Shown: one piece after another, positions 59,605 to 64,000 of the stretch | How positions within the stretch are numbered: the first letter of the stretch is position 1 | Layout: each line of letters begins with the position of its first letter | From: Thermodesulfobium acidiphilum | Lineage (GTDB): Bacteria > Thermodesulfobiota > Thermodesulfobiia > Thermodesulfobiales > Thermodesulfobiaceae | Direction of reading: 5' to 3' | DNA length: 64,000 nt | NCBI RefSeq assembly: GCF_003057965.1 | Contig: NZ_CP020921.1 | Location: forward strand, 1,600,916-1,664,915 | Translations under genes and position numbers: made by a program | Notes under the pieces: model-generated | The model's database searches: none | What the model was told of the DNA's origin: nothing | What the model saw: only the letters and a program-made list of their open reading frames with translations

Positions 59605-60862
59605 CCAAGAATTAAACAAGCCAATTTTAGATCCTGAAAACAGAAAAGTCGCCAACCTAAGAGATATTGCTGTTTGTTGGGACAAGAAAATTCCAGTTGG
59701 TAGAGGTATAAAATTCCTAAAGGACTCTAATAAGCTAATAAATATAAATCACATAAAGGAATGGAAGAAGGATGCAATAGTTTTAACTACAAACCTTGAG
59801 AAAGCAGCTGATATCGTGGCAAGGGATGAAGACATTTATATAGTAAAGTGGCTTCTTGATAAACAGCTTATAGATCTTAAAGGCAAAAAGTTAGTTAGAG
59901 TAAACGACATAAAAATATCCTTCTATTCCAAAGACTTAGAAAAAAAGTTAATACTTCTTGCTATTGATGTAGGATTTTCTGGCATTCTTAGAAGGCTTGG
60001 TATTAAGTTTTTAGAAAGTAGAATTCAACCCCAGCTAATAAGTTGGAATTATCTTGCCCCAATAAAAAAGAGAACCTCAAACTTACAACTGGCAACAGAA
60101 TTTGAGGGTTTAAAAAATCTTCATCCAGCTGATATTGCAGATATTATAGAAGAGCTAAGCCAACCAGACAGGGAGAAAATAATAGAAAGCCTTGATATAG
60201 AAAGCGCTGCAGAGGTATTAGCAGAAGCAGATATAGAAACTCAGGTAAACGTCATTGATTCTCTTGATGCAGATAAAGCAGCTGACATTTTAGAAGAAAT
60301 GCCATCTGATGACGCCGCCGACATATTAAGCGAGTTAAATGAAGAAAAATCTCAAGAAATATTAGAGCGCATGGATCCAGAAGAGGCAAGTGAAGTAATA
60401 GAATTGATGAACTATGAAGATGAAGACGTAGGATCGTTAATGACAAAGGATTATATAACGCTTACTGGAAATGAAACTCAGGAAGAAGCTCTGAACAAAA
60501 TTAAAAAAATAGCTGAAGAAGTAGAGACTATTTACGTTTCATATATAGTTGATAGCGAAGAGAAACTAATAGGAGTAATATCTTTAAGGGAGCTATTAAT
60601 CGCTAAGCCTGACGAAAAAATAAAGGATATCATGCAAAAAGACGTTATAAGTCTAAATCATTTTGATCATCACGACAAGGCACTTGAAATGTTTGCCAAA
60701 TATAATCTCTTTACAATGCCTGTAGTAGACAACGAAAACAGACTTCTAGGAATAATTACAGTTGACGATATCTTAAGGCTTCTTATACCAGACAGAAGTG
60801 ACGCTGACACCTTCTCGAGATTTGACTCGCTGAAAAAGTTCTTGAGAGAAGGTGGTGAATAA
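59567..60862 (+). CDS. Soluble MgtE-N/CBS domain protein with PRC-like N-terminus (no MgtE TM domain)
   Basis: LLDKQLIDLKGKKLVRVNDI, LHPADIADI, MPSDDAAD, CBS pair; GTG after GAGGAGG. Confidence 0.88.
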   Translation: MSFTGAITEFYLSQELNKPILDPENRKVANLRDIAVCWDKKIPVGRGIKFLKDSNKLININHIKEWKKDAIVLTTNLEKAADIVARDEDIYIVKWLLDKQLIDLKGKKLVRVNDIKISFYSKDLEKKLILLAIDVGFSGILRRLGIKFLESRIQPQLISWNYLAPIKKRTSNLQLATEFEGLKNLHPADIADIIEELSQPDREKIIESLDIESAAEVLAEADIETQVNVIDSLDADKAADILEEMPSDDAADILSELNEEKSQEILERMDPEEASEVIELMNYEDEDVGSLMTKDYITLTGNETQEEALNKIKKIAEEVETIYVSYIVDSEEKLIGVISLRELLIAKPDEKIKDIMQKDVISLNHFDHHDKALEMFAKYNLFTMPVVDNENRLLGIITVDDILRLLIPDRSDADTFSRFDSLKKFLREGGE

Positions 60863-60863
60863 G

Positions 60864-62117
60864 ATGGAAAACAAACTCTCATTATTTAAAAGAATATTGC
60901 TATTTTTAACTATAATGGGCCCTGGAATAATTACAGCCAACGTAGACAACGACGCAGGCGGTATTACTACCTATTCCATAACTGGTGCAACAACAGGTTA
61001 TAAGCTCCTTTGGGTGCTGATTCCAATGACACTTGCACTTATAGTCGTACAGGAAATGGCTGCCAGAATGGGCGCAGTAACCAGAAAAGGTTTAGCCGAT
61101 TTGATTAGAGAAAATTTCGGAGTAAAAATGACCATTTTAATACTCTTAGGGATACTTATAGCTGACTTTGGAAATACCATATCTGAATTCGCAGGCATTG
61201 CTGCAAGTATGGAAATTTTTAATATAAGCAAATATATTTCGATTCCTATTTGTGCAATATTTGTATGGTGGACAGTTTTAAAAGGCTCATATAAATTCGT
61301 AGAGAGAGTGTTTTTATTTGCATGTCTTGTTTATCTTTGTTATATACCATCTGCCTTTATGGCAAATCCACCGTGGGGAGAAGTTGCAAAAAATATAGTT
61401 ATACCCCATTTAGAGTTTAGTCCTTCGTTCCTATCCATACTTATTGGTTTTATAGGAACTACCATTACTCCCTGGATGCAATTTTATATTCAGTCATCTA
61501 CTGTAGAAAAGGGATTAACAGAAAAGGAATATAAATATCTAAGATTAGACGTAATAATGGGGAACACAATGACAAACGTAATAACATTTTTCATTGTGGT
61601 TTGCTGTGCAGCAACTCTTTTTGTTCACAACGTCAACATAACTGACGCAAAGGATGCAGCACTTGCCCTTAAGCCATTTGCGGGAAATCTTGCAAGTACT
61701 CTATTTGCAATAGGACTCTTTAACGCCTCTATCTTTTCAGCCTGCGTACTTCCACTTGCTACCGCGTATTATGTATGTGAAGCACTGGGTTTTAATGCAG
61801 GGCTTAACTTTACCTGGAAAGAGGCACCCGTTTTCTATGCTCTAACAACTTTTCTAATCTTTTTTGGTGCAACAGTAATATTAATACCCAAAGCTCCTTT
61901 AATACCTATAATGTTCTGGTCACAGGTTATAAACGGAGTTATATTGCCATTCGTACTCTTATACATGCTAAAAATTATAAACAACAAAGATATAATGGGC
62001 GAATATACAAATTCAAGAACATTTAACATAGTAGCATGGCTCACAACTATTGTATTAATAGTCCTAACTTTACTCATGATAATCACCTCTATCTTTCCAG
62101 GCTTACTACCATCATAA
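60864..62117 (+). CDS. NRAMP-family divalent cation transporter (NrmT-like)
   Basis: GPGIITANVDNDAGG, QEMAARMG, GTTITPWMQF. Confidence 0.9.
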   Translation: MENKLSLFKRILLFLTIMGPGIITANVDNDAGGITTYSITGATTGYKLLWVLIPMTLALIVVQEMAARMGAVTRKGLADLIRENFGVKMTILILLGILIADFGNTISEFAGIAASMEIFNISKYISIPICAIFVWWTVLKGSYKFVERVFLFACLVYLCYIPSAFMANPPWGEVAKNIVIPHLEFSPSFLSILIGFIGTTITPWMQFYIQSSTVEKGLTEKEYKYLRLDVIMGNTMTNVITFFIVVCCAATLFVHNVNITDAKDAALALKPFAGNLASTLFAIGLFNASIFSACVLPLATAYYVCEALGFNAGLNFTWKEAPVFYALTTFLIFFGATVILIPKAPLIPIMFWSQVINGVILPFVLLYMLKIINNKDIMGEYTNSRTFNIVAWLTTIVLIVLTLLMIITSIFPGLLPS

Positions 62118-62121
62118 ATTT

Positions 62122-62156
62122 ATTGCCCAGAGTACAAGTGAGAGTTCTCTGGGCAA
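62122..62156. terminator. Bidirectional terminator hairpin
   Basis: ATTGCCCAGAG...CTCTGGGCAAT between convergent genes. Confidence 0.75.
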
Positions 62157-62168
62157 TTTACACTTTTT

Positions 62169-63113
62169 TTAAATTTTAATTGGGTCTAAACTTCTTATTA
62201 ACTCAAGATCCCTTTCTATATCCTCGCCTGGTCTGGTAAGATAACCACCTATCATTAAAGCATTAGCAGCTGAGTTTAGCGCTAATTTCTGATATTTTCC
62301 AAGAACGCTCTCTCTACCTGCACATAGTCTAATAGTAGCGTAAGGGAGAATAATTCTAAATATTGCAAGAGTTTTTAAGACTTCTGATTTATCGAGAACT
62401 CTAACATTTTCAAGGGGAGTCCCTTTTATAGGAATCAATATATTGAAGGGAACTGATCTTATCCCAAGATCTTTAAGGATAATGGCAAATTCTACTCTTT
62501 GTTCAAAAGTCTCACCTAAGCCTACTATGCCTCCAACACAAGGAATCAAACCCACCCTCTTTACAGCTTCAATAGTCTCAATCCTTTCATCATAAGAGTG
62601 AGTGCTGCAGATATTGCCAAAAAAACTCCTTGAACTCTCAAGGTTATGATGATATGTAGAAACTCCTACATCCTTCAATCTAATTAGATCTCTTTCTCTA
62701 ATTATTCCTAAAGACGCACACAGTTCAATATCTACCTCTTTTTTAAGCCTTTCAAAGATAGACAACAACTCATCCATATCAGCTTTGGACGGGCCTCTAC
62801 CACTTGAAACAAGAGAAAACCTCTTTGAACCATAATTTTTCATCAATTTTGCCTTGAAAATTACTTCCTCAACACTAACTTTTTTAAATTCTATACCTGT
62901 ATTAAAATGAGAAGATTGAGCACAAAAGGAACAATTTTCAGTACATCTACCAGTTTTATAACTTATTATTGAACACAATTCAAAAGATGAAGAATATTTA
63001 TCCTTTATTCTTTTTGCAATCATGAGTAAACGATCTGTATCAAGATTTAAGAGACCATATACAGCAGATTCGTTTAATCTATTTTCTGGGTTAAAACTTT
63101 CTAAATCGATCAT
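62169..63113 (-). CDS. bioB: Biotin synthase
   Basis: CTENCSFCAQS radical SAM motif, CASLG, YHHNLES, THSYDER, GGYLT. Confidence 0.93.
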   Translation of the reverse strand: MIDLESFNPENRLNESAVYGLLNLDTDRLLMIAKRIKDKYSSSFELCSIISYKTGRCTENCSFCAQSSHFNTGIEFKKVSVEEVIFKAKLMKNYGSKRFSLVSSGRGPSKADMDELLSIFERLKKEVDIELCASLGIIRERDLIRLKDVGVSTYHHNLESSRSFFGNICSTHSYDERIETIEAVKRVGLIPCVGGIVGLGETFEQRVEFAIILKDLGIRSVPFNILIPIKGTPLENVRVLDKSEVLKTLAIFRIILPYATIRLCAGRESVLGKYQKLALNSAANALMIGGYLTRPGEDIERDLELIRSLDPIKI

Positions 63114-63230
63114 CAAAAACCTCCAAAACATTCTTAAATAATCTCATAAATTTTATCAATAAATTTCAAGTAAGCAAAGTTTTTATGTTAGAATTAGATT
63201 AATTATTATTTAAAAAGGAGCAAAATAATT

Positions 63231-64000
63231 TTGGAAAGTTCTGAAAGCATAAAAAAAATTTACAATTTTAAAGAAACAGATAGAGATAATCTTAAGTCTC
63301 TATGTGCTGCAGCAAAGCAAAACGCTGATAATTTTATAGAGAACCTATATAACTTTCTTATTACTTTTCCAGATTATTATAAATTTTTGGGTAAGCTGGA
63401 AGTTAGAAAAAGACATGAAGAAAAGTTTAAAGTTTGGTTTACAGATCTATTCTGTGGGGAATATGACGAAAGCTACATTATAAGAATCCAAAAAATCGGA
63501 CAAGTTCACGCCGATATGGGGTTACCTACCCATTACGTCAGCGCTACAATAAGCTTTATAAGAAACTATATTCACAAAAGAATACTTCTCTCCTGTCCGA
63601 ACGAGGAAGAGAGGAGAAGTTGTAGAGAATCTGTTGACAAGATATTAGACATAAATCTTGATATCTTAACCAGTTCCTATGTAGACGAAAATAAGATTTA
63701 TATTGCTCAAACAAATATAGAAAGCAAGATAGTAAGAATAAGTTCAAAGATATCCTATTACTTTGACATTGCCCTTGTATTAGCTCTTGTATTTACAAGC
63801 TTTATGATATTTGTCTTGTTTTTATCAGATATTTATAACTTTTTAAGAAGCACTTCATCTTTTGAAAGCAGCGTAATAAACATACTTGGTGCTATGCTTA
63901 TAATCTGGACTATCAGAGAACTTTTAGAAGAAGAGTTAAAAAGATTAAAGGGCAAAAAGTTTGCACTAAACATATTTATAAGCCTTGCTATGGCAGCCAT
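63231..64000 (+). CDS. Protoglobin (globin-coupled sensor) fused to PsiE-like TM domain; 3' end outside window, absent from ORF track
   Basis: RBS AAGGAG, TTG start; WFTDLFCGEYDESY..RIQKIGQVHADMGL, DKILDINLDI, then hydrophobic helices. Confidence 0.8.
   Translation, partial: MESSESIKKIYNFKETDRDNLKSLCAAAKQNADNFIENLYNFLITFPDYYKFLGKLEVRKRHEEKFKVWFTDLFCGEYDESYIIRIQKIGQVHADMGLPTHYVSATISFIRNYIHKRILLSCPNEEERRSCRESVDKILDINLDILTSSYVDENKIYIAQTNIESKIVRISSKISYYFDIALVLALVFTSFMIFVLFLSDIYNFLRSTSSFESSVINILGAMLIIWTIRELLEEELKRLKGKKFALNIFISLAMAA

Overview
AT-rich bacterial chromosomal window with no rRNA, tRNA, CRISPR array or mobile element that I can support. The gene content (LpxB, a GT9 heptosyltransferase, L/P-ring genes next to Firmicutes-type FliW/YvyF, AOR, sulfur-oxyanion exporters) points to a diderm anaerobe; it resembles Thermodesulfobium, but that is an inference. 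In order it carries: partial lpxB; nfi, mobB, aroEBKC, LPS glycosyltransferases and an S55 peptidase; a USP/TauE/PhnD-like/HK/LuxR-RR cluster; a PAS sensor with no output domain; a thioesterase and a Tat-exported alpha/beta hydrolase; a HAD hydrolase; fabI; glnK-amtB; an RNA methyltransferase; a rearranged flagellar cluster (flgF to flhA); degenerate signalling genes; aor-moaD; an OmpR-type two-component system; an MCP; a YeiH exporter; nadABC; pfpI; arsR; a split MgtE-N/CBS plus NRAMP pair; bioB; and a partial protoglobin-PsiE gene. The best candidates for novelty are not in the ORF track. One is a 39-aa CxxU small membrane ORF with an in-frame TGA and a SECIS-like hairpin just downstream of arsR. 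The other is an MgtL-like overlapping leader ORF with an RBS-sequestering helix ahead of the Mg/NRAMP operon. Also notable are a probable sulfur-oxyanion sensing/export module, a Tat-exported hydrolase whose catalytic triad is replaced, and a structured ANTAR-like glnK-amtB leader.
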